The notes under the pieces: generated by a model
Database searches by the model: none
The model's input: only the letters and a program-made list of their open reading frames with translations
What the model was told of the DNA's origin: nothing
Position numbers and translations under genes: made by a program
Assembly: GCA_965279525.1 (NCBI GenBank)
Contig: CBDIIB010000002.1
Span: 224,001 to 288,000 of the forward strand
Direction: 5' to 3'
DNA length: 64,000 bases
From: Tagaea sp.
GTDB taxonomy: Bacteria > Pseudomonadota > Alphaproteobacteria > CACIAM-22H2
Shown here: positions 9,084 through 18,566 of the stretch, in pieces
How the letters are laid out: each line of letters starts with the position of its first letter
Position numbering within the stretch: the stretch's first letter is position 1

Positions 9084-10052
9084 ATGCCCCAGACCCACCG
9101 CACGAAGATGCTGATCGTCGGCTCCGGCCCCGCCGGCTACACCGCAGCGATCTACGCCACGCGCGCCAACCTCGCGCCCATCCTGGTGCGCGGCATGCAG
9201 CCCGGCGGGCAGCTGTCGATCACCACCGACGTCGAGAACTATCCCGGCTTCGACAAGACCATCCAGGGTCCGTGGCTGATGGAGCAGATGTATAAACAGT
9301 GTGAACATATCGGCACGCTGATGCTCGAGGATCTGGTCATGAAGATCGATTTCTCGAAGCGGCCGTTCGTGGCGACCGGCGATTCGGGCGACACCTACAT
9401 CGCCGACACGATCGTGATCTGCACGGGCGCGCAGGCGCGCTGGCTGGGCCTTTCGTCCGAGGAGAAGTATCGCGGGGCCGGCGTGTCGGCCTGCGCCACG
9501 TGCGACGGCTTCTTCTTCCGCGGCAAGAAGGTCGCGGTCGTGGGCGGCGGCAACACGGCGGTCGAGGAAGCGCTCTACCTCACCAACCACGCCACGAAGG
9601 TGACGCTGATCCACCGGCGCGACAGCTTGCGCGCCGAAAAGATGCTGCAGGCACGCCTCTTGAAGCATCCCAAGATCGAAGTCGTGTGGAACTCGGCGGT
9701 CGAGGAAGTGCTGGGCGCGGGCACGCCGCCGGCGGTCACGGGCCTCAAGCTCAAGAACCTCAAGACCGGTGCCTTCTCGCAGCTCGACATCGACGGCCTG
9801 TTCGTCGCCATCGGCCACGTGCCGGCGACCGAAGTGTTCAAGGGCCAGGTCGACATGGACGCCGAAGGCTACATCCTGACCAAGCCCGATTCGACCGCGA
9901 CCAACATCCCGGGCGTCTATGCCGCGGGCGACGTGAAGGACAAGGTGTTCCGCCAGGCCGTCACGGCCGCCGGGATGGGCTGCATGGCCGCCCTCGAGGC
10001 CGAGAAGTTCATCGCGCATGCGGAGGCCGGCCACCAGGCCGCCGCCGAATAA
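9084..10052 (+). CDS. trxB: Thioredoxin-disulfide reductase
   Basis: GSGPAGYTAA, GVSACATCDGFF, GGGNTAVEEA, AAGDV, RQAVTAAG. Confidence 0.97.
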   Translation: MPQTHRTKMLIVGSGPAGYTAAIYATRANLAPILVRGMQPGGQLSITTDVENYPGFDKTIQGPWLMEQMYKQCEHIGTLMLEDLVMKIDFSKRPFVATGDSGDTYIADTIVICTGAQARWLGLSSEEKYRGAGVSACATCDGFFFRGKKVAVVGGGNTAVEEALYLTNHATKVTLIHRRDSLRAEKMLQARLLKHPKIEVVWNSAVEEVLGAGTPPAVTGLKLKNLKTGAFSQLDIDGLFVAIGHVPATEVFKGQVDMDAEGYILTKPDSTATNIPGVYAAGDVKDKVFRQAVTAAGMGCMAALEAEKFIAHAEAGHQAAAE

Positions 10053-10072
10053 CAAGACGAAGGGAAGCCGCA

Positions 10073-10972
10073 ATGTCGGCGATGGACTGGGACAAGCTGC
10101 GCATCTTCCATGCGGTTGCCGCCGCCGGATCTTTCACGCATGCGGGCGAGAAGCTGAACCTCAGCCAGTCGGCCGTCAGCCGGCAGATCTCGGCGCTCGA
10201 GGAATCGGTCCGCGCACCGCTGTTCCACCGCCACGCGCGCGGCCTCATCCTGACCGAGCAGGGCGAACTCCTCTTCAACACCGTGCGCGAGGTTTTCGAC
10301 AAGCTCGCGATGGTCGAAGCCCAGCTCGCCGAGACCAAGGAGCGGCCTTCGGGCCTGCTGCGCGTCACGACGACGGTCGCCTTCGGTTCGGTGTGGCTTG
10401 CCCCGCGCCTGCGCGATTTCTCCGACGCGTACCCCGACGTGCAGATCTCGATGCGCGTCGACGACCGCGAGCTCGATCTGGGCATGCGCGAGGCCGACTG
10501 CGCCATCCGCATGCATCCGCCCCGCCAGGCCGACCTCATCCAGCGCCACCTGCTGTCGGTGCACGTGCACGTGTTCGCGTCGCAGGAATATCTCAAGAAG
10601 TACGGCGCGCCGAAGACCGCGGCCGATCTCGACAAGCACCGGATCATCGTCTACGGCGACGATCCCAACCCGCCGTTCCCGAACGTCAACTGGCTGCTCG
10701 AGGTGGGAACCTCCGGCGGCAAGAAGCGCACGCCGGCCCTGATGGTGAACAACGTTTCCGCCATCCTGCGCGCGGTCGAGAACGGCATCGGCATCGCCGC
10801 TTTCCCGGATTACATCGCCCAGCAGAGCACCAAGATCGTCCAGGTCTTGCCGGAACTCGAAGGGCCGACCTACGAGGCCTATTTCGTCTATCCCGAGGAA
10901 CTCCGCAGCTCGAAGCGGATCGCGGTTTTCCGCGATTACCTCGTCCAAAAGGTCGCAGAATCACAGTTTTAG
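10073..10972 (+). CDS. LysR-type regulator, LsrB/VtlR-like
   Basis: MDWDKLRIFHAVA.AGSFTHAG...LSQSAVSRQI and C-terminal YPEELR.SKRI.VFRD. Its position after trxB matches lsrB/vtlR loci. Confidence 0.88.
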   Translation: MSAMDWDKLRIFHAVAAAGSFTHAGEKLNLSQSAVSRQISALEESVRAPLFHRHARGLILTEQGELLFNTVREVFDKLAMVEAQLAETKERPSGLLRVTTTVAFGSVWLAPRLRDFSDAYPDVQISMRVDDRELDLGMREADCAIRMHPPRQADLIQRHLLSVHVHVFASQEYLKKYGAPKTAADLDKHRIIVYGDDPNPPFPNVNWLLEVGTSGGKKRTPALMVNNVSAILRAVENGIGIAAFPDYIAQQSTKIVQVLPELEGPTYEAYFVYPEELRSSKRIAVFRDYLVQKVAESQF

Positions 10973-10988
10973 CGGCCAAATCGTAGGT

Positions 10989-11039
10989 ATGCGAACGTTT
11001 CATGCCACGCATGCATTAAATGCCATTTTTTAAGGCATT
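10989..11039. promoter_or_regulatory. Tandem LysR-type T-N11-A boxes plus a palindrome
   Basis: ATG-N9-CAT at 10989-11003 and 11002-11016. AATGCC-N9-GGCATT at 11019-11039, in an AT-rich patch. Confidence 0.55.
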
Positions 11040-11069
11040 CTTTAGACTATCTATTTCATATTGGTGTTG

Positions 11070-11234
11070 CGCCGCGAAATCTTTCGTCGCGCGACGCCGG
11101 TCGAGCCGAGGACCATCTTTTCGGCGGGTTCGGGCCTTCGGGTCCGGACGGGGTCCCCTCCGGACCCTGCGTCTCCCAGACGTGAAGCCTCCCTGTTCAA
11201 CTCGCCCGGTGCTTCGGCACCGGGCGTTTTTTTT
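11070..11234 (+). ncRNA. Candidate trans-acting sRNA (AbcR-like); 5' end approximate
   Basis: Several hairpins, CUCCCA at a loop apex (11173-11178), single-stranded GCCUCCCU and an intrinsic terminator. Lies downstream of the LsrB/VtlR-like gene. Confidence 0.55.
11203..11234 (+). terminator. Rho-independent terminator
   Basis: CGCCCGGTGC-TTCG-GCACCGGGCG followed by T8. Confidence 0.9.
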
Positions 11235-11270
11235 CGTAACGCGCGGGCCTCGCCTTACGAATCAGGAAGT

Positions 11271-11708
11271 ATGGAACGCCGCTCCTTCCTCGCCCTGCTG
11301 CTCGGCCTCGCCGCCGCTCCGGCCGCCGCCGATACCGTCAACGCGCGCGGCGGGCTCGCCATCGGCGGCTACGATCCGGTCGCCTACTTCACGCAAGGCC
11401 GTCCGCGACGCGGCGCCAACATGCACTATCTCGACTGGAACGACGCGCGCTGGCTGTTCGTGACGGCCGCCAACCGCGACGCGTTCGCCGCCGATCCGGA
11501 ACGTTACGCGCCGCGCTATGGCGGCTGGTGCGCCTACGGCATGTCGCAGGGCTACAAGGCGCCGATCGACGCGGAAGCCTGGTCGATCGTCGAAGGGCGC
11601 CTCTATCTCAACTACAGCAACTCGATCCGGCGGACGTGGCTGGGCGACGTGCCGGGCTTCATCGCGAAGGCCGACGCGCACTGGCCGGCCGTTTCCGCGG
11701 CCCCCTAG
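11271..11708 (+). CDS. Exported YHS-domain protein
   Basis: Tat-like RRSFL leader, AIGGYDPVAYF, PERYAPRYGGWCAYG, GRLYLNY. Confidence 0.85.
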   Translation: MERRSFLALLLGLAAAPAAADTVNARGGLAIGGYDPVAYFTQGRPRRGANMHYLDWNDARWLFVTAANRDAFAADPERYAPRYGGWCAYGMSQGYKAPIDAEAWSIVEGRLYLNYSNSIRRTWLGDVPGFIAKADAHWPAVSAAP

Positions 11709-13072
11709 GCGGGCTTCAGCACCGGCAGGGCAGCGTCGAGACCCTTCTTCAGCATCGCCAGCATCTCGTCGATCTGCGCGTTCGTGATGATCAGCGGCGG
11801 CGTGAAGGCGATGCGGTCGCCGATCGCGCGCACGACCAGGCCGGCCTTCTGGCATTCGTCCTGCACGACGATGCCGGCCTTCATCGCCGCATCGAACGGC
11901 ACGCGCTTGGCCTTGTCGGCCATGATCTCGATGCCCGCGATGAGACCCACACCACGCGCGTTGCCGACCAGCGGATGGCTCTCCAGCGCCTTCAGCCCGT
12001 CCTGCATGGCAGGGCCGACCTTGCGCACATGGCCGACGATATCGCGCTCCTCGTAGATCTTCAGCGTCTCGATCGCCACCGCGCACGCCACCGGATGGCC
12101 CCCGTAGGTGAAGCCGTGGCCGAACGTGCCGAGCTTGCCCGACTGGTCGAGCATCGACTGGTAGATCTTCTCCGAGATCATCAGCGCCGAGATCGGCTGG
12201 TAGGCCGCCGACAGCGCCTTGGCGCAAGAGATCATGTCGGGTTGCAGGTCGTAGGTCTCGCTGCCCCACATGTTGCCCGTCCGCCCGAAGCCGCAGATCA
12301 CTTCGTCGGCAATGAACAGGATGTCGTATTTCTTCAGGATCGGCTGGATCTTCGCGAAATAGCCATTGGGCGGCGTGATGGCCCCGCCGCCGCCTTGCAC
12401 CGGCTCGGCGAAGAACGCCGCCACCGTCTCGGGCCCTTCGGCAAGGATGAGCTTCTCGAGATTGGCCGCCATGCGCGTGGAGAACTGCTCCTCGCTCTCG
12501 CCCGCCTCGTGGAAGCGGTAATAGTGCGGATTGTCGGTGTGACGGAACTGCGCCAGGGGCGCGTCGAACCCGTTCTGCATGTGCGGCTGGCCCGACACGC
12601 TGACGGTGGCGACGGTGTTGCCGTGATAGCCGCGCACGCGCCCGATGATCTTCTTCTTCTGCGGCCGCCCGAGCGCGTTGTTGTAATACCAGACGAGCTT
12701 GATCGCCGCGTCGTTGGCTTCCGAGCCCGAACACTGGAACAGCACCTTCGACATGCCCTTGGGAGCGATCGACAGCAGCCGGTCGGCAAGCTCGACGCTC
12801 GGCACGTGGCTCTTGGCAAAGAACGTGTGGTAATAGGGCAGCTCCAGCAACTGCCGGTACGCCGCGTCCGCCAGACGCTTTTCCGAAAAGCCGAGCGAGG
12901 CGCACCACAGGCCCGCCATCGCCTCGAGATAGCGGTTGCCCGCTTCGTCGAACACGTAGATGCCGTCGCCGCGCTTCATGATCGTGCCGCCATTGTCGCG
13001 ATAGGCGGCAAGGTCGGTCTGCTGGTGGATGAGGCTGGCGCGGTCGAGCAGGTCGTGGGAATTGAGGGTCAT
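11705..13072 (-). CDS. Class III PLP aminotransferase (omega-amine/putrescine:pyruvate type)
   Basis: AGLWC, YHG, AEPVQG, IADEVICGFGRTG, AKALS (PLP Lys), HGFTYGGHP. Confidence 0.92.
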   Translation of the reverse strand: MTLNSHDLLDRASLIHQQTDLAAYRDNGGTIMKRGDGIYVFDEAGNRYLEAMAGLWCASLGFSEKRLADAAYRQLLELPYYHTFFAKSHVPSVELADRLLSIAPKGMSKVLFQCSGSEANDAAIKLVWYYNNALGRPQKKKIIGRVRGYHGNTVATVSVSGQPHMQNGFDAPLAQFRHTDNPHYYRFHEAGESEEQFSTRMAANLEKLILAEGPETVAAFFAEPVQGGGGAITPPNGYFAKIQPILKKYDILFIADEVICGFGRTGNMWGSETYDLQPDMISCAKALSAAYQPISALMISEKIYQSMLDQSGKLGTFGHGFTYGGHPVACAVAIETLKIYEERDIVGHVRKVGPAMQDGLKALESHPLVGNARGVGLIAGIEIMADKAKRVPFDAAMKAGIVVQDECQKAGLVVRAIGDRIAFTPPLIITNAQIDEMLAMLKKGLDAALPVLKPA

Positions 13073-13100
13073 GGCGCTTTCCTGAATGCGGGGCGGATCT

Positions 13101-13982
13101 TCACGCGCGGGCGGGCATTGCCGAGGTTTCGGCGGCTTCGCTGCGCGCGGCGGCGGCTGCCCGGCGCGCGGCGACATTCTGTTCCCGGCGCTTGACGAGT
13201 TCGAACAGGATGGCGCCCGCGACGGTGACGGCCACGATCGAGACGGCGAGCGCGCTCAAGGCGGGGGTTGTGCCCACGCGGATGCGCCCGGCGAGCACGG
13301 TCGTCAGCGTCTTGTCGGCAAGGATCGCGAAGGTCGTCGTGTTGTAGTTCTCGAACGACGACAGGAACGCGATGACGATGGCCGAACCGATGGCCGGTGC
13401 CATGAACGGGATCAGCACGTGGAAAAACACCTGCGTGCGCGAGGCACCGAGGTCGAGTGCGGCCTCCTCGAGCGTGCGGTCGAACCGCGCGAGGCGGGCA
13501 AGGAAGATCAGCATCGTGTAGGCGGCGATGAAACTCGATTGCGCCAGCACTGTCAGCACGGTGCCGTCATAGATGAATTTGAGACCGGTCGTGTCGGTGA
13601 AATGGCGCCAGAAAACGACCGTCGAGATGCCGATGATGACGCCCGGCGTGAGCACCGGCGACACGACGACGAGATAGTAGAAGGACTGCGCGCGCGAATA
13701 GACCTGCGTGAGCAGGATGGCGCCGGCCAGCCCGACCGGGACCGAAACGCAGACGACGAGAAAGCCGATCCACACGCTGTTCTTGAGGCCGTAGACGATG
13801 TCCCGGTCGCGGGCGAGGTTGGCGAACCAGTCCAGCGTGAACCCTTCGATCGGATAGAAGGTCGGATAGGCGGGCGTGTTGAAGGCCGTGACGCCCATCA
13901 CGACCAGCGGCCCGAACAGGTAGGCGAAGAAGACGACGATGTAGAAGGCCAGCATCGCCTTCTGGATCGCGCGCGAGGTCAT
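13101..13982 (-). CDS. Polyamine-type ABC permease (PotC-like)
   Basis: TLEEAALDLGAS EAA motif, SFEN, TM helices. Confidence 0.88.
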   Translation of the reverse strand: MTSRAIQKAMLAFYIVVFFAYLFGPLVVMGVTAFNTPAYPTFYPIEGFTLDWFANLARDRDIVYGLKNSVWIGFLVVCVSVPVGLAGAILLTQVYSRAQSFYYLVVVSPVLTPGVIIGISTVVFWRHFTDTTGLKFIYDGTVLTVLAQSSFIAAYTMLIFLARLARFDRTLEEAALDLGASRTQVFFHVLIPFMAPAIGSAIVIAFLSSFENYNTTTFAILADKTLTTVLAGRIRVGTTPALSALAVSIVAVTVAGAILFELVKRREQNVAARRAAAAARSEAAETSAMPARA

Positions 13983-14998
13983 TTCGCGATCTCCCCGAGG
14001 CGCAGCTTGAAGACCTTGAGGACGAGCAGCACGAACACGACGCACGCGACGAGCAGGATCAGCGCGTAGGCCGCCCCCTGCTGCCAGTTGAACGCCTGGT
14101 AGAAGCGGTCATAGACGATGGGCGTGAACCACAACGTGCGTGGTCCGCCGAGCACGAGCGGGGCGGCGAGTGCCCCCGCCGTCAGCATGAAAACCAGCGT
14201 GGCGCCCGACGCGATGCCGGGCTTGGCGTGCGGCAGCACGATGAACAAGTGGATGTGCCACCAGGGAGCGCCCAGATCGCGGGCGGCTTCCAGCTGGTTT
14301 TTGTCCAAAGTCTCGATCGCGTTGTAGAGCGCGAACATCATCATCAGCAGGTAGGCATAGGCGAGGCCCGAATAGAGGGCGACGTCCGCCGCGATGAAAT
14401 CGATGGGCCCGTCGGTGATGCCGGCCCCCATCAGCGCCTTGTTGATGACGCCCTGGCTCGCGAACAGCAGCCGGAAGGCGAAGGCGCGCAGGATCTCGTT
14501 GACCCAGTAGGGGGCGATCAGCATCAGCATGAAGAGCCGCAGGCGGGCCGGCTTGGCGACCTGGGCCATGTAGAAGGCAACCGGGTAACAGACGACGAAA
14601 TCGAGGATCGTGATCAGGATCGACACCCAGATCGTCAATCCGAACGCCTTCAAGTGCGTCGTGTTCCACGACGCGGTCGATGTCGTCGAGCCGAACAGGA
14701 AATAGCGGTAGTTCTCGAGCGTGTAGATGTCGCGCGGACTGCCCCACTGCGGTGGCGGCAGTCTCGGGCGGAAAGACAGGTCGATCATCGACAGGAGCGG
14801 CAGCACGATCATGAAGACCGTCCACAGCCCGACCGAGACGACGAGGAACGTCGCGACCGGCCAGCCGTTCATCGCGACGAAGCCTGGGCCGACGGCAGGG
14901 CCGGCGCGCCGGCGGTCATAAACGGCCAGCAGCGCGAACGCCGCGATGACCACCACCGGCAGCGCATAGATGACGATCTGGCCGACCGAGCTATGCAT
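13979..14998 (-). CDS. Polyamine-type ABC permease (PotB-like)
   Basis: PYWVNEILRAFA, LEAARDLGA, FNWQQGAA. Confidence 0.88.
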   Translation of the reverse strand: MHSSVGQIVIYALPVVVIAAFALLAVYDRRRAGPAVGPGFVAMNGWPVATFLVVSVGLWTVFMIVLPLLSMIDLSFRPRLPPPQWGSPRDIYTLENYRYFLFGSTTSTASWNTTHLKAFGLTIWVSILITILDFVVCYPVAFYMAQVAKPARLRLFMLMLIAPYWVNEILRAFAFRLLFASQGVINKALMGAGITDGPIDFIAADVALYSGLAYAYLLMMMFALYNAIETLDKNQLEAARDLGAPWWHIHLFIVLPHAKPGIASGATLVFMLTAGALAAPLVLGGPRTLWFTPIVYDRFYQAFNWQQGAAYALILLVACVVFVLLVLKVFKLRLGEIAK

Positions 14999-16064
14999 CG
15001 CCTGGCGCGTCCGGCGGCAGGATCAGCGCGTCCTCGGCCTTGTAGGCGATATGGATCCCGGTGCCCTTGGGCGGGATGTCGCGCGCGGCCGCACCCGACA
15101 GCAGGACCGTGAGTGCCCGCCCGCCCGCCGCTTCCAGCGACAGCAGCGTGCCGGTCCCCTCGAAGGCCGCGTCGGTGACGCGGGCGGCAATCCCGTCAGT
15201 CGAGGGAACGAGCAGCTCCGGGCGCAGGAACAGCATCGCGGGCGAGCCCGCCCGCAGGTTGCGGATGTTGCGGCCGGGCAGCACGCCGATCTCGGTCTCG
15301 ACGCGCGCGAGCGTGCCGTCGGTATCCGCGATCCGGCCGGGCAGGATGTTGCTTTCGCCCACGAACGACGCGACGAACGCGGTCTCGGGGTGGTTGTAGA
15401 GCGTGCGCCCGTCGGACACCTGTTCGATGACGCCGCGGTTCATGACCGCGATGCGGTCCGACATCGCGAGCGCTTCGCCCTGGTCGTGCGTGATGTAGAC
15501 GAACGTGATGCCCACGCGGCGCTGGATCGCGCGCAGCTCGTTGCGCATGTGCTGGCGCAGCTTGAGATCGAGGGCGGACAACGGCTCGTCGAGCAGCAGC
15601 ACCTGCGGTTCGACGGCTAGGGCGCGTGCGATCGCCACGCGCTGCTTCTGGCCGCCCGACAGCTCGTCGATGCGCTTGTTGCCCTGGTCGGAAAGCGCGA
15701 TCAGGTCGAGCAGGCGTTCGACCGTCTCCTGCCGTTTGCGCCGCGTCACGCCGCGCACGCGCATGCCGTAGGCGATGTTGTCGGTGACCGACATGTTCGG
15801 GAAGAGGGCGAGGTTCTGGAAGATGAGCGCGGTCGGCCGCACGTTGGGGCCGATGCCGCGCATGTCCTTGCCGGCGATCAGCACGCGGCCGGCGGAAGGC
15901 TCGATGAATCCGGAGATGGTGCGCAGAAGCGTCGTCTTGCCGCAGCCTGAGGGGCCGAGGAACGAGAAGAACTCGCCCGGTGCGATGGCGAGCTTGGCGT
16001 CGTCGACGGCGGTGAAATCGCCGAAGCGCACGCTGACGCGGTCGAGCTGGACGGCGGCTGTCAT
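14991..16064 (-). CDS. Polyamine-type ABC ATPase (PotA-like)
   Basis: GPSGCGKT, LSGGQKQR, LLLDEP, ITHDQ, C-terminal TOBE-like region. Confidence 0.92.
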   Translation of the reverse strand: MTAAVQLDRVSVRFGDFTAVDDAKLAIAPGEFFSFLGPSGCGKTTLLRTISGFIEPSAGRVLIAGKDMRGIGPNVRPTALIFQNLALFPNMSVTDNIAYGMRVRGVTRRKRQETVERLLDLIALSDQGNKRIDELSGGQKQRVAIARALAVEPQVLLLDEPLSALDLKLRQHMRNELRAIQRRVGITFVYITHDQGEALAMSDRIAVMNRGVIEQVSDGRTLYNHPETAFVASFVGESNILPGRIADTDGTLARVETEIGVLPGRNIRNLRAGSPAMLFLRPELLVPSTDGIAARVTDAAFEGTGTLLSLEAAGGRALTVLLSGAAARDIPPKGTGIHIAYKAEDALILPPDAPGDA

Positions 16065-16086
16065 GACTGCCTGTTCGAATCGGAAA

Positions 16087-16118
16087 GCCGCCGGCCGGGA
16101 CGTGCCCCGGCCGGCGGC
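16087..16118 (-). other. Intercistronic 13-bp GC stem-loop after the SBP gene (mRNA stabiliser or attenuator)
   Basis: GCCGCCGGCCGGG-ACGTGC-CCCGGCCGGCGGC, with no long U tract. Confidence 0.6.
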
Positions 16119-16128
16119 AACCGGTGTA

Positions 16129-17301
16129 TCAGGCCGCCTTGAACTTTTCGGCGTACTGGGTGCGCAGTTCGGCGAACCACGACGGCTCGGGCGGACGATG
16201 CCAGAGCTTCGAGGTCGCGTCGTCCGGATAGGCTTCCGCGAAGTTCTTCTTCGCCTCGGCCGAGAGCAGCGCGTCCGCACCCTTGGCGACCGCGTTGTAG
16301 CCCGAACCGTCGGCGACCTTCGCGGACACTTCGGGCGAATGGCAGTAGTTGAGCCATTCGTAGGCCTGCGCGATGTTCTTGGCACCCTTGGTGAGCGACC
16401 AGCCGTCGAGCCACGTGATGGCGCCTTCCTGCGGCGCCATATACGAGACCGGGCGACCCTGCTTCTTGAGCGACAGGACCGGACCGTCCCAGGTCTGGCC
16501 GATGACGCAGCCGTTCTCGAGAAAGCCCGACTTGGTGTTGTCGGCCGAATCCCAGAATTGCTTGATCCAAGGCTTCTTCGAGATCGCGAACTTCAGCACC
16601 TCGTCGTAGATCTTCTTCATCGTCGCCTCGTCCTTGAAGGCGTCGAGGCCGCGGTTGGAAGGCAGCTTGCCGGTCCGGTCCCACCACAGGACGATGCTCT
16701 GCAGCAGCGAGTGCGGGCGGCCCTGCACCTTGCCGCGGTACTCGTCGTCCCACAACGTGCCGAAGCTCAGGGTCTTGTAGTCGAGTTTCGTGAGGTCGGT
16801 GCGCCACGCGATGGCTTCCGAGCCCCAGCAATGCGGGACGTGGTAGAGCTTGCCGTCCCACGTCCACACGCTCGTCGAGCCTTCGAGCATCGACGGGAGC
16901 AGGACGTCGAGTTTCAGCTTGTTCGTGTCGAACGGCTGGAGGATCGCAAGATCCTTGAACTGCGGCGAGCGGTCGCGCGTCGGCTGGCACAGGTCGAAGC
17001 CGGAACCGCCGGTCGCCTGGAGCTTGTTGATCTGCTCTTCGTTCTGCGAGAACGGAACCTTGTTGATCTTGATGCCGGTCTTCTTCTCGAAATCCGGAAT
17101 GACCGGATCGGGGAGTTCGTCGTCCCAGTGCAGTAGCGTCAGCTCGCCCGACGACGATTGCGCGTTGGCGACGATCGCCGGCCCGACGGCCGCGAATGCG
17201 CCTGCCGCGGCGGCGGCCTTGAACATCGAGCGGCGATTGAACGTGCGCGCGGCCAGCAGCGTTTCGATCGTGGAGTTTGTGGATTTCTCGCGGTTTTTCA
17301 T
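16129..17301 (-). CDS. PotD/PotF-like periplasmic binding protein with Tat signal
   Basis: RRSMFK Tat motif, FEKKTGIK, TWDG, P.EGAI.WLD, AYEWLN. Confidence 0.88.
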   Translation of the reverse strand: MKNREKSTNSTIETLLAARTFNRRSMFKAAAAAGAFAAVGPAIVANAQSSSGELTLLHWDDELPDPVIPDFEKKTGIKINKVPFSQNEEQINKLQATGGSGFDLCQPTRDRSPQFKDLAILQPFDTNKLKLDVLLPSMLEGSTSVWTWDGKLYHVPHCWGSEAIAWRTDLTKLDYKTLSFGTLWDDEYRGKVQGRPHSLLQSIVLWWDRTGKLPSNRGLDAFKDEATMKKIYDEVLKFAISKKPWIKQFWDSADNTKSGFLENGCVIGQTWDGPVLSLKKQGRPVSYMAPQEGAITWLDGWSLTKGAKNIAQAYEWLNYCHSPEVSAKVADGSGYNAVAKGADALLSAEAKKNFAEAYPDDATSKLWHRPPEPSWFAELRTQYAEKFKAA

Positions 17302-17529
17302 GGTTGTCACCCCTGTGTCGCCTCCTCGTTAAGCGTGCAAAATGCTGCAGGAACCGGGCCACCCTGTCAATGCGGCGGGGTGGACGATCGGAGCGGATTC
17401 CGGTCCGTGTCATGCATTCTTCTTTGGCAACCGCTTGGGTGAACGCCTGAATCATGGGCGAGCCGTGCTACACGACGGACCAACGGCATTGATGGTCGCG
17501 ACACCGCCCGATACCCCGCCGCCGGTGGA

Positions 17530-18465
17530 TCACCTGAGGTCGAGCGACCAGGACTGGCCGACGAGGTCCTTGCCGAAGCTGCGATGCGCTTCGCTCTCGA
17601 CCAGCGTGAAGCCGGCCTTTTCGTAGAGGCGTCGGGCCGCGACGAGACAGTCGTTCGTCCACAGCACGATCTTCGCGTAGCCCGCACGGCGTGCGAAGGC
17701 GATGCATTCGCCAAGCATGCGTGTGCCCATGCCGCTGCCGCGCGCCCATGGCTCCAGATAGAATAGCCGCAGCTTGGCGACCTTGTCCGACTCCTTGACC
17801 AGGAAGATCGAGCCGGCGATTTCGCCGTCGCGTTCGGCGACCCAGCAGCGCTCGCGCGCGGGATCGAATTCGCGCACGAACTTCGCGACGATCTCGGCGA
17901 CCAGTGCCTCGAACTCGCCGTTCCAGCCATATTCGCGCGCATAGAGCCGGGCCTGCCCCGCGACGATCGCGCCCATGTCGCCGATCTCGTGGTCGCGCAA
18001 CGTGAATTCACCGGGTGCCGGTGCATCGGCGTCGAGCAGGCGCTCGGCTGTGGCAAGGGACGTGACCAGACGTGCGCGCGCGCCGGCATCGAGCGGTGCC
18101 AGAAGGCCGGCGACTTCTTCCTGCGAGGCCTTGTCGAGACGTGCAAAGGCGGTGCGGCCGCGCGCGGTGAGTTCGAGGCTGAGGCGCCGCGCGTCGCTGG
18201 CGGCGGGTCTCTTGCGCACGAGGCCGCGGCGGGACAGGGCCTGCACGATGCGGCTCAGATGGCCGGGGTCGAGACCCAGATCGCGGGCGATCTCGCCCGA
18301 GCTGGTGCCGGCATTGTGTGCGATCTCGTAGAGGACTCGCGCCTCGACCAGCGAGAAGGGGCTTGCATAAAGGCCCTTGCGCAGCACGCCGATGCGGCGC
18401 GTGAAGGACCGGGTGAACCGGCGGACCGCGGCGATCGCCGGGTCGTTCGTGTCGGGGCGGGGCAT
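17530..18465 (-). CDS. Bifunctional MarR-HTH / GNAT acetyltransferase
   Basis: N-terminal winged HTH (GLDPGHLSRI, DARR..LELT). C-terminal LRLF.LEP.ARG.G.G and A.RLYEKAGF. Confidence 0.9.
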   Translation of the reverse strand: MPRPDTNDPAIAAVRRFTRSFTRRIGVLRKGLYASPFSLVEARVLYEIAHNAGTSSGEIARDLGLDPGHLSRIVQALSRRGLVRKRPAASDARRLSLELTARGRTAFARLDKASQEEVAGLLAPLDAGARARLVTSLATAERLLDADAPAPGEFTLRDHEIGDMGAIVAGQARLYAREYGWNGEFEALVAEIVAKFVREFDPARERCWVAERDGEIAGSIFLVKESDKVAKLRLFYLEPWARGSGMGTRMLGECIAFARRAGYAKIVLWTNDCLVAARRLYEKAGFTLVESEAHRSFGKDLVGQSWSLDLR

Positions 18466-18566
18466 GGCCGAGACAGGTTCCGGTGATTGATTGACAAAGT
18501 CAAGTAACTGCCGAAAACGGTTTGGGCGATTGATCCGGATCAATTCCCGCAGGCTCCCGCCGTGGC

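Noticed and set aside
11271-11708. Selenoprotein possibility for the YHS protein
   Set aside because: The GGWC position is a TGC codon and the stop is TAG. There is no in-frame TGA.
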